In this document: piece by piece, positions 25,101 through 37,095 of the stretch
Layout: the number at the start of each line of letters is the position of its first letter
How positions within the stretch are numbered: the stretch's first letter is position 1
NCBI GenBank assembly: GCA_037447605.1
Contig: CM074816.1
Location: 1 to 64,000, forward strand
DNA length: 64,000 bases
DNA from: Zygnema circumcarinatum SAG 698-1b
Lineage: Eukaryota > Plantae > Zygnematophyceae
Reading direction: 5' to 3'
Translations under genes and position numbers: made by a program
Notes under the pieces: model-generated
Database searches by the model: none
The model's input: the letters and a program-made list of their open reading frames with translations, nothing else
What the model was told of the DNA's origin: nothing

Positions 25101-27515
25101 ATGGCGGCAGCAATGGCTATGGCGATGGCGCTTCTGGCTCTGGTCCTGGCCATGGCCCCGCGCGGCGATGCGATTGAAACGGCGGTCTCTGAGGGCATCT
25201 GTGGCATGGCCGCTTTTCAGCGCTGCGACTTCCGCCTCGTCAGCGAGGCCAGGTCAGGGCCCGCCTCAGCCGCCGCGCCACTCAGAACCCGCCACGTGGC
25301 AGCGGCAACGTACTGCTTGATTCTCAAGGCTTCTGCTTTGATATTGGAAAGTGAAATAGAGTAAGAAATTAAAATTGGCAATGCTTTAAATCATGTGACG
25401 GAGTTCTGTGCAGCTCGGGGGGAGCCTCTGACTCGGCGTCGGAATGGAGCATGGAGGACGCCGTGAGCGGCGGCAAAGCCTTTGTCGACGAGGACGCCAT
25501 CACTGCATTGCTCTGCAAGAAAGCGGCGCTCTCTGACTTTTTCGAAGAGGTAAGGACATGTTTCGAGCTGTGAACCCCACCGACGGAACATGCGATTGCA
25601 GCGTTCGGAAGGGGGGAGCTCAAGCGGTCCCTACACTCCATCGAAAAGGAGCCGAACGATTTGGATAGGCAAAATTTTAAGCATTAATGGTAGCGACCAG
25701 GAATACGAAGAAATTTCCAGCCTAATTCGTAGGTTAAAGTGCGAGGCACTGTGCCCAACTGAATGCGCAAAAATGGGCTTTTTTTTGTTTCTCTTTTTCT
25801 ATTGTCGTTGGAACAGTTTTTAACAGAATGGCTTTCCGACAGCTGCCTGCTCGTCCCCCTTTCATCGGTCCAAGTTGCAACATCCGAATGGACGAACAGT
25901 CTTCTCTGGGGCGACTCCAATCAGGAGATGTATCCAGACGACCGTCGATGCTTTGTTTTCGACAAGAACACCTTTATTGAAGAAGAATTTTGCAATGGTC
26001 AGTCACCACCTCTGCCAATCCGTGAATCCCCACCTCCTCCTCCTCGTCAATCCTCACCTCCTCCTCACCGTGAATCGCCATCTCCTCCTCCCCGTCGGTC
26101 CCCACCCCCTGCTCCCCGTAGATCCCCACCTCCTCCTCACCGTGAATCTCCGTCTCCTCCTCCCCGTGAATCCCCAACTCCTCCTCCCCGTAGATCCCCA
26201 CCTCCTCCTCACCGTGAATCGCCATCTCCTCCTCCCCGTCAATCCCCATCTCCTCCTCACCGTGAGTCACCATCTCCACCTCCTCGTGAATACCCATCTC
26301 CTCCTCCCCGTAGATCCTCACCTCCTCCTCATCGTGAATCCCCATCTCCTCCTCCCCGTGAATCCCCATCTCCCCCTCCCCGTAGATCCCCGCCTCCTCA
26401 CCGTGAATCACCATCTCCACCTCCCCGTGAATCGCCATTTCCACCTCCCCGTGAATCCCCCTCTCCTCCTCATCGTGAATCTCAATCTCCTCCTCCCCGT
26501 GCATCCCCCTCTCCTCCTCCCCGTGAATCCCCATCTCCTCCTCCCCGTGAATCCCGACCTCCTCCACACCGCGAATCGCCATCTCCTCCTCCCCGTGAAT
26601 ACCCCTCNNNNNNNNNNATCTCCTCCTCCCCGTGCATCCCCCTCTCCTCCTCCCCGTGAATCCCCCTCTCCGCCTCCCCGTGAATCCCCCTCTCCTCCTC
26701 CCCGTGAATTCCCCTCTCCTCCTCCTCGTGAATCCCCCTCTCCTCCTCCCCATGAATCCCCATCTCCTTCGCCCCGTGAATTTCCATCTCCTCCTCCCCG
26801 TGCATCCCCCTCTCCTCCTCCCCGTGCATCCCCCTCTCCTCCTCCCCGTGAATCCCGCTCTCCTCCTCCTCGTCAATCCCCCTCTCCTCCTCCCCATGAA
26901 TCCCAATCTCCTCCTCCTCGTGCATCCCCGTCTCCTCCTCCCCGTGAATCCCCTTCTCCTCCTCCCCGTCAATCCCCCTCTCCTCCTCCGCGTGAATCCC
27001 CCTCTCCTCCGCTCCGTGAATCCCCCTCTCCTCCGCCCCGTAGGTCCCCATCACCTTCGCCATGCCAAATCGCCTGTCCCTCAAACCCACAAGAGTTTTG
27101 CGATCTTTTCTTCGCCGGCCATGAGAAGGACGTCCCCACATTTCATTTGGTCTACAATGTGAGCAGTGACGAGTCGAAGCCTCTCAGTCCCGGCCTCCGT
27201 ACATCGAAAATCGGTGGAGAGGTCACGGTGAAGGTGGAAGTCGATGAGTCCGGGAAAGGTGTGTTCATGGGCTGCCCTTATACCGACGAGTCTCCAGGAA
27301 ATCAGTTTTACCTCAACGGGGTGGACGCCACTCTGAGGGCTCGCACTTATCAGAACGACCGCGGCGTCGATTTCTTCATCAATCGTTGCATTGTTCTCCC
27401 TGTCGAGGCGTTCTCCGTAGTCTACAACGGAAATGGGCCGTACAATGTGCCCCCCGACACAGACGGCATGTTTCCATCGTCACGCCGCTGCGTTGTCTTC
27501 AAAACTGAGTACTAG
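25101..27515 (+). CDS. Secreted two-domain extensin-like HRGP, long form, left (interrupted by gap at 26608-26617)
   Basis: Exons 25101-25252, 25414-25549, 25817-27515 (GT-AG, in phase up to the gap). Signal peptide, Cys domain, long (E/R/A)SPSPPPR rod, then the same C-terminal domain as the short form. Confidence 0.8.
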
Positions 27516-28766
27516 AGTTGGCGGGGAACCGTGTGTGGACTGTCACGAGAGTTTTGGAAGTGCCGGGATTGGCAAAACCTTTTTGTTTGTTTGTTTTTGG
27601 AATTTGGAGGGGCTTGGGCGGTGTCGTTAAATTTGTTTGAGAGTGCTGTATCAAGGGTGGCCTTAGATTGCATTCTGAGTTAGCAGCGTTTGCCGCATGG
27701 AAGTTCGCGATATGTACTTTTATGATTATTGCAAAGACCTTTGATTTTTTTCCTATTCAACAAAATAGTCGTATGAGTAATTTTCAGTTGATGACGTGGC
27801 ATCGATCATCAGATTATGTGCTGATATTGGCGGATGTTAATCAGCCCCAATTTGAGATCCTTCTTGTGTGCAAATTCCGCTTACCATGAAAATGGTCTCC
27901 CGGGTTATTCGTTCGATGTGTACCCAATAGACAAGCATATGGTTATGGGTGGCAACCAAAACAAAAACATTTTACCTCGGGGCCAATACTGCCACTTCAG
28001 CCCCTCAAATTAGATTTCACCATTGCGAATGGTCTTTAGATGTGTACTTTCCACTCCTCTTGACATGACATGTCTTTGCATTGACATGATTTGTCGATGC
28101 GGCATCTGAACAACATCTGACATGTACTTGCATCATTGGAAACTACTTGCTAATGAGAATGAAAATCTACACATCGTTTTAACATGAATCGAAACAGGGT
28201 AGGGAAGGGCAGGTTTGGGAGACTGAGAGGTTGATTGTGGGCGTGGTGGTAGAGGGGGAGGGGGATGGGGAGGGGGAGCGGGAGATGTAACCAAACACAT
28301 TCGTGTTGTTTTACAAAAACTGCAAGTCTTTGGTTTGTTTGTCCATCCTCATGATGGGAAAGCGTTCCATTCTGTTTTCCCCTTCGTGTGAATGTTGTGC
28401 TTGGCTTGCTGATTTCTTCAATTGAAAATTAAAATTGATATATAAGCATTTTTTCTTTGAAGTATCTATTTATCTCGGCATACTTTTTGGCCTTTCATGT
28501 TATGCTTATGAAGACTGGGAGAAGGCCTTGCGGTTTTGTTGGTGTGTCCTAGCGATTTTCGAAGTCTGGACATCAGAGACACCAGCCGTTGGATCGGCGC
28601 CTGCGTAATTCTTGGAAATCGGACCGTTGGATATGTTATGCGTAGACGTAACGGATGCTGACTGTTATATGGTCGCCCGCAACTCTATGTAGTAGCGTTT
28701 CTAACATCGACTGTAACTGTAACCATAGAACGCGGCCTCACCACCTTCCTCTGCCCTCGAGCCCTA

Positions 28767-29618
28767 ATGGCTGCGGTCTCCGCCTGCTGCAGCTGGAGCA
28801 TGGCGGCGCCACGTGGCATCCTCTCATACTCTCTCCTCCGCGGCCTCTCATCCCTGTATTCAGCCCTTCCAAGGGCGCCCCTGTGTGCCACGTGGCGCAG
28901 GTCCCTGGCTGGGGGAGCCTCGCGGGCGGAGCAGCAAGTGCCTGCAAAAGGTGAGACTCGTTCTTGTCGAGGCCGCTGCTTCCTCCCGCATTGTTCGTGG
29001 TTTCTGCGGGAAATAACGCCGAGAATGTCAAGGTTTTGAAGCCGACGTGGTGTGGTGTCAGTAGACGGCTTGAGTTTTTAGGGTTGTTGGCTGCTCTCGT
29101 TAACTTGTGCAGATTTTTCCCCATGTTTTTGGCAGATGAGAGCGTGGAAATCAGTGTGAAGGATTTTCTGAAGAGCATTGGGCGGCCGGAAGCGGTGAGC
29201 AGCTCCGACAAAATCAGCAGCGCCGTTCCTGAGGTCGCTCAGCTGCTGCAGACGCGGTCGCGGGGCTTCAAGAAGCTCGGAGTTCCATGCAAGCAGGTCG
29301 AATCTGGAATATCCTTCATCCCCGGAACCTGGCTAACCTTTGGTCATATCGTTTGTTTCTTCAGTATGTGAAAGTAATCATTCTCCCGCTTGGTTTGCTG
29401 CTGAGTCTGATGCATATAGGCTTCCAGTGGCGTCTATGATTCCTGCTTTTTTTCTTCCTTTGTCGTAGGATTCATAATGTCAGGAGAAATTAGTTGTCTA
29501 CTTTTTTTTCCATTGCGCTTATCTTGACTGTGTGGCATTTTCCGTGCAGAGGAAACTGATTCTAAGATATCTGGAGCATCACCGTCAGGGTCGTTGGAGT
29601 CCAAGCCTGAAAAGCTAG
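28767..29618 (+). CDS. IGR-motif protein (mitoribosomal mS41/Fyv4-like), 137 aa
   Basis: Exons 28767-28950, 29136-29296, 29550-29618 in phase. N-terminal Arg/Ser/Ala transit-like peptide, then DFLKSIGRPE...DKI...LLQTRSRGFKKLGVPCKQRKLILRYLEHHRQG, the IGR-domain pattern. Confidence 0.8.
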
Positions 29619-29778
29619 CGTTTCTCGGTCCGTCAACCCAAAGTCAGATTTGAATCAGAATCAAAACTGTGTACAATGAAGTGTTAAGAATTGATTTGGT
29701 GAACCACTAACTTTTGCACTATACGTTTTCAAAAATCTTCTCGGCTGTCTCCTTTTTTCACAACTGATCGTTTTATCA

Positions 29779-30792
29779 ATGGCTAGAAAGCGCCATGGCC
29801 CCTCTCTGCCAAATTCTGTTCGCCCTTCTCAAAAGGCGCGAATGGAGTTTTTTGGAAGCTTCGTTGGAGGAGCAGCATTAAGAGATATTCCTCCAACTGA
29901 ACAATTATTTCCGCACAAACGTCATCAAGAACAGTACCGATCTGCAAGGATCCTGAAAGGAACTCGCTTACTGCAGCTCCTGGATCGGCTCAAGTTATTG
30001 ATTCAAAATTCTGCAGAAAAAGACAGAGAAGGACCTCCCATTTTGAGCGAATGCAAAGGAAAAGCAGACAGGAAGATCAGAGCATGCAAAGAGCGGCTCT
30101 GGGTCGGCCTTAACGAAGTGAGCAAGTCTTTGGAACGGATGAATGTGGACACGCGTCACGTTTGCACGTCAGTGAAGCAAGCGGAACTTGTCAAAGTTGA
30201 CGCTGAAATTAGTGAAGTAGAGAAACCAGAAGTACATGTCGATGGGATGAAGATGAAGGTGGAGCCTCCACCTGGCACGGCTTTCGCTGAGCTTGTCCTA
30301 TTAGAGCAGGTTACAATGGAAACCCCGTCGGAGGGTGAACTGTTAGCAGAAGTCACTGGCGGAGCTGAACGAAACCACGGAACTGAAGCATGCGTTTCAG
30401 AGTCGACAATAAAGCCTGATGATGATGTTATGGGGAAGCAGCCGCTGAGCTCGTCAATTACGCAGGAAGCGGTGGGAGAGATGGGGGCTGTGGGAGGGGC
30501 TGCAATGGAGGATGAGAAATGTAAAAAATTGGGAGAAAAAGTGCTGCTTGTTATCCATGCCATGGATGTGCACCCGCGTCTGCTCATCTCTCATTTGATG
30601 GGACTCGCCGCCTTAAGAAACGTGCCTGTTATTGCTGTATCCGGGGAAGATGGCAGCGGTTCTGTCAAATTGGGAGCTGCTTTGGGTTTACGCACAGCCA
30701 CAGCGGTCGGTTTCAAGGAGGGCGGGAGAGAGTGGGACAGCGCTGTTCAGTCTCTGCTGTCTTTCATTGAGGGAGGTGACCCCAAGCTTTAG
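29779..30792 (+). CDS. L7Ae/L30e/Gadd45-fold protein (possibly RNase P/MRP Pop3/Rpp38-like), 337 aa
   Basis: C-terminal VLLVIHAMDVHPRLLISHLMGLAALRNVPVIAV...SVKLGAALGLRTATAVGF matches the L7Ae fold signature. Acidic insertion in the middle. Subfamily uncertain. Confidence 0.6.
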   Translation: MARKRHGPSLPNSVRPSQKARMEFFGSFVGGAALRDIPPTEQLFPHKRHQEQYRSARILKGTRLLQLLDRLKLLIQNSAEKDREGPPILSECKGKADRKIRACKERLWVGLNEVSKSLERMNVDTRHVCTSVKQAELVKVDAEISEVEKPEVHVDGMKMKVEPPPGTAFAELVLLEQVTMETPSEGELLAEVTGGAERNHGTEACVSESTIKPDDDVMGKQPLSSSITQEAVGEMGAVGGAAMEDEKCKKLGEKVLLVIHAMDVHPRLLISHLMGLAALRNVPVIAVSGEDGSGSVKLGAALGLRTATAVGFKEGGREWDSAVQSLLSFIEGGDPKL

Positions 30793-31852
30793 GGAGCAAC
30801 CCACTTCCTGTAGTTCTTGGAGTTGCTGAAAATCAGTAGTAGTTCGTTGAAATGCTGCATACAATTGGAAGGAACGAGCATTTTAGCGATTGTGGAATTC
30901 GATTACCACGCGTAGGCATAGGCAGATATATCTGTGAATCTACTTTCAGGGATTTCTTTCATTGTCAACCTACATGAGGAACATTTGGTGCAGGAGTCTC
31001 TTTAGTCCTAATACTTTATCTGCCACCTGGCGGTTGTTATGGAGCAACAGTTCCTACTGTGGTCACATTCTTGTGGCCATTTGTGCGAGATTGCTCACTT
31101 GAGCAATACACGGGATACCAATCCCAACAGATCACAAAATAGAACACTCGTCGTTTGCAAGCATCATATTTTACCACACAGAGTGGAAAGATAGAGAAAG
31201 GAGGATGGAAGACAGCGCCGAGAGGAGTATGAGGCGAGAAGCTCGGTCACGTTGTACGGTCGGAATCACTGCTGCCGAGATGTTATGACGGGGTGGCGGT
31301 GTGGGTGGGAGGTCGCAACTTTGCCATTTGTCAATTTGGACTCTGTTGTTGCTGAAGAGGCCGCATTGGCCCGAACTGAAAAGGTTTTTTTTTAATTTTA
31401 GTTTTTCCCCATAGCCATATCCTTGTCTATTGGACGCACATCCAACAAAATAAACCGGGTGCCCATTTCTATGGTAAGCGGAAAATGCACAAAAGAGGAC
31501 CTCAAATTGGGGCTTATCATTATCCGCCGATATCAGCACACACATCCAGGAATCTGATGATCAATGCCACATCATCAACTGAAAGTCACTCGTAACGAAC
31601 ATTTTGTGGAATAGGGAAAGAATCAAGTGTCTTTGCAATGATCATAAAGTACATATCGCGAGCTTCCATGCGGCAAAAGCTGCTATCTCATAATGCAATC
31701 TGTGGCCACTCTTGATACAGCGCTCTCAAAAAAATTTACTGACCCCGCCCCCGGACCCCCAAATTCTAAAAACAGACAAACAAACAAAATTTCACCAATT
31801 CCGTCACTTCCAAAACATCGTAACACTGCCCACACATGGTTCCCGGCCAACG

Positions 31853-34494
31853 CTAGTACTCAGTTTTGAAGACAACACAGCGGCGTGACGATGGAAACAT
31901 GCCGTCTGTGTCGGGAGGCACATTGTATTGCCCATTCCCGTTGTAGACTACGGAGAACGCCTCAACAGGGAGAACAATGCAACGATTGATGAAGAAATCG
32001 ACGCCGCGGTCGTCCTGATAAGTGCGAGCCCTCAGAGTAGCGTCCTCCCCGTTGAGATAAAACTGATTTCCTGGAGACTCGTCAGTATAAGGGCAGCCCA
32101 TGAACACACCTTTCCCGGACTCATCGACTTCCACTTTCACTGTGACCTCTCCACCCACTTTCGATGTACGGAGGCCGGGACTGAGAGGCTTCGACTCGTC
32201 ACTGCTCACATTGTGGACCAAATGAAATGTGGGGATCTCTTTCTCATGGCCGGCGAAGAAAAGATCGCAAAACTCTTGTGGGTTTGAGGGACAGACAATT
32301 TGGCATGGCGAAGGTGATGGGGATCTACGGGGCGGAGGAGAGGGGGATTCACGGAGTGGAGGAGAGGGGGATGCACGGGGAGGAGGAGATGGGGATTCAC
32401 GAGGAGGAGAAGAGGGGGATGCACGGGGAGGAGGAGAGGGGGATTCACGAGGAGGAGATGGGGATTCACGGGGAGGAGGAGAGGGGGATTCACGGGGAGG
32501 AGGAGATGGGGATTCACGGGGAGGAGGAGAGGGGGATTCACGGGGAGGAGGAGAGGGGGATGCACGGGGAGGAGGAGAGGGGGATGCACGGGGAGGAGGA
32601 GATGGGGATGCACGGGGAGGAGGAGAGGGGGATTCACGAGGAGGCGGAGAGGGGGATGCACGGGGAGGCGGAGCGGGGGATTCACGGGGAGGAGGAGATG
32701 GCGATTCACGGGGAGGAGGAGAGGGGGATTCACGGGGGGGAAGAGATGGAGATTCACGGGGAGGAGGAGATGGCGATTCACGGTGTGGAGGAGGTCGGGA
32801 TTCACGGGGAGGAGGAGATGGAGATTCACGATGAGGAGGAGAGGGGGATTCACTGGGAGGAGGAGATGGTGATTCACGCTGAGGGGGAGGCGGGGATCTA
32901 CGGGGAGGAGGAGATGGAGATTCACGATGAGGAGGAGATGGGGATTCACGGGGAGGAGGATACGGCGATTCCCGGGGAGGAGGAGATGGCGATTCACTGT
33001 GAGGAGGAGGTGGGGATCTACGGGGAGGAGGAGACGGGGATTCACGATGAGGAGGAGAGGGGGATTCACGGGGAGGAGGAGATGGGGATTCACGGGGAGG
33101 AGGAGACGGCGATTCACGGGGAGGAGGAGATGGCGATTCACGGTGAGGAGGAGATGGGGATTCACGGGGAGGAGGAGACGGAGATTCACGGTGAGGAGGA
33201 GTTGGGGACCTACGGGGAGGAGGAGATGGGGATTCACGGGGAGGAGGAGAGGGGGATTCACGGGGAGGAGGAGATGGCGATTCACCGTGAGGAGGAGGTG
33301 GGGATCTACGGGGAGGAGGAGACGGGGATTCACGGGGAGGAGGATATGGGGATCTACGGGGAGGTGGGGGTGGGGACCGACGGGGAGGAGGAGAGGGTGA
33401 TTCACGAGGAGGAGGAGATGGAGATTCACGGTGAGGAGGTGGTGGGGATCTACGGGGAGGAGGATACGGGGATTCACGGGGAGGAGGAGATGGCGATTCA
33501 CGGTGAGGAGGAGATGGGGATTTACGGGGAGGAGGGGGTGGGGATTGACGGGGAGGAGGAGGTGGGGATTCACGGATTGGCGGAGGTGGTGACTGACCCT
33601 TGCAAAATTCTTCTTCAATAAAGGTGTTCTTGTCGAAAACAAAGCATCGACGGTCGTCTGGATACATCTCCTGATTGGAGTCACCCCAGAGAAGACTGTT
33701 CGTCCATTCGGATGTTTCAACTTGGATCGATGAAAGGGGGACGAGCAGGCAGCTGTCGGAAAGCCATTCTGTTAAAAACTGTTGCAATGAAAATAGGAAA
33801 AAGAGGAACAAAAAAAAACCCATTTAGGCGCATTTAATTGGGCACAGTGCCTCGCACTTTACCTGCCAATTAGGCTGGAAATTTCTTCGTTTTCCTGGTC
33901 GCTACCATTAATGCTTTAAATTTTGCCTATCCAAATCATTCGGCTCCTTTTTGATGGAGTGTAGGGACCGCTTGAGCTCCCCCCTTCCGAACGCTGCAAT
34001 CGCATGTTCCGTCGGTGGGGTTCACAGCTCGAAACATGTCCTTACCTCTTCGAAAAAGTCAGAGAGCGCCGCTTTCTTGCAGAGCAATGCAGTGATGGCG
34101 TCCTTGTCGACAAAGGCTTTGCCGCCGCTCACAGCGTCCTCCATGCTCCATTCCGACGCCGAGTCAGAGGCTCCCCCCGAGCTGCACAGAACTCCGTCAC
34201 ATGATAGAAAGCATTGCCAATTTTAATTTATTACTTTATTTCAATGTCAAATATCAAATCAGAATCCTTGAGAATCAAGCAGTACGTTGCCGCTGCTACG
34301 TGGCGGGCTCTGAGTGGCGCGGCGGCTGAGGCGGGCGCTGACCTGGCCTCGCTGACGAGGCGGAAGTCGCAGCGCTGCAAAGCGGCCATGCCACAGCCAC
34401 CCTCAGAGACCGCCGTGCCCATCGCATCACCGCGCGGGGCCATGGCCAGGCCCAGAGCCAGAACTGCCATTGCCATAGCCATCGCTGCCGCCAT
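31853..34494 (-). CDS. Secreted two-domain extensin-like HRGP, long form, right (737 aa)
   Basis: Exons 34494-34343, 34181-34046, 33778-31853 (2214 nt), same splice sites as the left copy. Pro-rich rod of more than 400 aa. Confidence 0.85.
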
Positions 34495-36029
34495 TGCCTC
34501 CTCGCAGCTCGTCCCCTCTCCTCTCCTCTCCGCTCCGCCGCCTCTTGTACTCGCGGCCGATGTCGGCGGCGGCACGCCATTGGTCGGCCGCTCCACGTCA
34601 CCGCCGTCGCGCGTGGCTGTTTTGTCGCGAAGCGAGCTGACGCGCCTTGCGGGCGTTGTCGTGTTGCTGGTGGACGCGAACGAATCGCGAACCGCCTAGT
34701 GGCGGATGTCGTCGCACTCTGTCCGGCCTGCGCGCTGGCGATATGCGGTCAGATTTAACGCCGCCCGACACACTTGCGAACTCCAACCGGGGCAACCGGC
34801 GGTCGACGTCCGTCCGATGCCGTCCGTACAGTTCTACTCCGCGTGCAGCACGGCGCGCTGCGATCCATCACATGGGGCGGGGGCGGATGCACATCCGCAT
34901 GGTCGAGGGGGGCGGGGTAGGCCCCTTGCAAATGTTGAAATTTGAAATTCACCTTTTTTTTTTTTTGGTATGTTTCTTATGCTGAGGTAGCGCATAGCCT
35001 CCACAGCGAAAACTCTTGATCCGCCACTGCGAACCTTGCCAACATTGCTATAACCATGTCGCTAGTGGGCATGTTGTTGTTCTGCATGAATACGAACACT
35101 GTTAATTCGGATTATGAAGGACGATGGCATTGCCCACGCATACGCGGACATCGAACACCAACGTGCATGCGCATGCTCAACCATGCGACAACATGTTTCG
35201 TGCGCGAGTTGGACCCGCCGTAGCTTCCTGGTAAACGGGGGTGCTGATTGATAGGAATGCTAATACAATGTCCATGCCTATTTTTGGCGAGTGACGCGAC
35301 AGCCGTCACAGGGACGGTCGGCCAGAATATCGAATATCGTTGGGACAGTATTGTATTGGAATGTCGATACGTGGTCGCCGCATCGGGTGCCCGCGAGAGG
35401 CTTCCCGATATGCAGATACTCGCGAGGGCGGGGCGGCGCCAACTTGCGGTTCCATGTGGGGGCGGGGGACGGATGCCAGGTTTGGCCAAAAGGAAAATCG
35501 CGAACACGAAGGATGGCAGCGCGTGTGCTGAAGGAGGCGGCCCGTTCCGCAGACCAAGCGGCTGCGAAACTTGCGGGCACCGTTTGAGGACGGCTGGTTG
35601 TTGGAACCGAGTGATGCTTTGCAAATGAAATGAGGTCACAGTTTCTCGTAGCAAATATCTGAATACACTTTGAGGGCAGATTTCCCAAACATTTGTAATT
35701 GCCACGACAGCCAAAGAACAACGACCGATTCCCCCACAGTCGGTGCGGCGGCTTGGCCTCTCGGAGTGATGCACGCGAGGGTCGTACTCGATTGCGAGTG
35801 GTTTTGGAGTTTGTCGCTCCATGCATTTTATCGCAACCAATCATGGACCGCGGCAATGTAACCGCTGCGTGAAGGAAGTGTGACATCACGCGAGGAGTAG
35901 AGGCGGAAATGTTGGCTCAGAGGCAGGACGTTTTTCATTTCGACTTTTCCCGCAAAGCTCTATAACGCCAAATCGGGTACTCGTCAAACCAAAAAACCCG
36001 ACGGCCCGTTTTCTGTTAATCGGGAAATG

Positions 36030-36170
36030 CACGGGCTTAGGGGTTACGGTTTAGGGATTTAGGGTGTAGGGTTTTAGATTTAGGATTTTTGCGTGTAGGG
36101 TTAGTGTGTAGGGATTAAGGTTCTAGGGTGTAGGGTTTAAGGTTTTCGGGTTATAGGTTTAGGGTTTTAA
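36030..36170. repeat. Degenerate TTTAGGG-like tract (mirror of 21936-22072)
   Basis: TTAGGG/TTTAGGG/GTAGGG variants. Confidence 0.7.
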
Positions 36171-36522
36171 AATACGCCTCAAGTTGGGGTTGATTGTCAT
36201 CTGCCAAACTCCCGACTCAAGACTGTAAGGCAAGCACACACATCTAGAAATGATGGTCAATGCCACGTCATCAACTGACAGTAGCTCGTCTGTGGAATAC
36301 GAAAGTCATCAAAAGTCTTTGCAATTATCATATAATACATAACAGCCTCTTTGTGGAAGCATTGCTATCTTAGAATCGAAGCTCACTCTTTTCCAATTTT
36401 ACGAAACCCCCAAAAGTCCAAAACTCTCAAACAAAGAGAAATCGGCAAAGTCCTTCAGCCAATTCCTTCCAGTAAAACTTTAGACTCTCATCACACAGCC
36501 CACACACGGTTCCCCGCCAACT

Positions 36523-37095
36523 CTAGTACTCAGTTTTGAAGACAACACAGCGGCGTGATGATGGAAACATGCCGTCTGTGTCGGGAGGCACATTGTACGG
36601 CCCATTTCCGTTGTAAACTACGGAGAACGCCTCAACAGGGAGAACAATGCAACGATTGATGAAGAAATCGACGCCGCGGTCGTTCTGATAAGTGCGAGCC
36701 CTTAGAGTGGCGTCCTTCCCGTTGAGATAAAACTGATTTCCTGGAGACTCGTCAGTATACGGGCAGCCCATGAACAAGCCTTTCCCAGACTCATCGACTT
36801 CCACCTTCACCGTGTCCTCTCCACCGAATTTCGATGTACGGAGGCCGGGACTGAGAGGCTTTGACTCGTCACTGCTCGCACTGTCAGCCAAATGAAATGT
36901 GGGGACCTCTTTCTCATGGCCGGCGAAGAAAAAATCGCAGAATTCTTGTGGGTTTGAGGAACAGACGCTTTCACAAGGCGAAGGTGATGATAATCGACGG
37001 GGTGGAGCCATTCCCGCATCGCCCCGCGGGGCCGTGGCTAGTCCCAGAGCCAGAACCGCCATTGCCATTGCCGTTGCCATCGTTGCCATCGCCAC
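36523..37095 (-). CDS. Secreted Cys-rich single-domain protein (190 aa), short form, right
   Basis: Paralog of 21005-21580: signal peptide plus the same domain ending RRCVVFKTEY. Confidence 0.8.
   Translation of the reverse strand: MAMATMATAMAMAVLALGLATAPRGDAGMAPPRRLSSPSPCESVCSSNPQEFCDFFFAGHEKEVPTFHLADSASSDESKPLSPGLRTSKFGGEDTVKVEVDESGKGLFMGCPYTDESPGNQFYLNGKDATLRARTYQNDRGVDFFINRCIVLPVEAFSVVYNGNGPYNVPPDTDGMFPSSRRCVVFKTEY

Larger units (their letters stand above)
20550..27960 (+). repeat. Left arm of large inverted duplication
   Basis: Genes, flanks and telomere-like tract are mirrored at ~31400-37675 on the opposite strand. End points are approximate. Confidence 0.85.

Noticed and set aside
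25601-25731. Possible extra exon inside intron 2 of the long HRGP genes (RSEGGSSSGPYTPS..INGSD)
   Set aside because: The right-arm copy has an in-frame TAA, the other frames also stop, and the phases do not join. Direct splicing 25549 to 25817 is in frame.
25974-33720. Long antisense or alternative-frame ORFs with GIHGEEE, LLLPVNP, RGGGDGDS and TGRRRR repeats
   Set aside because: These are shadows of the 24-bp extensin repeat. Only the SPPP frame has a signal peptide, conserved splice sites and terminal domains.
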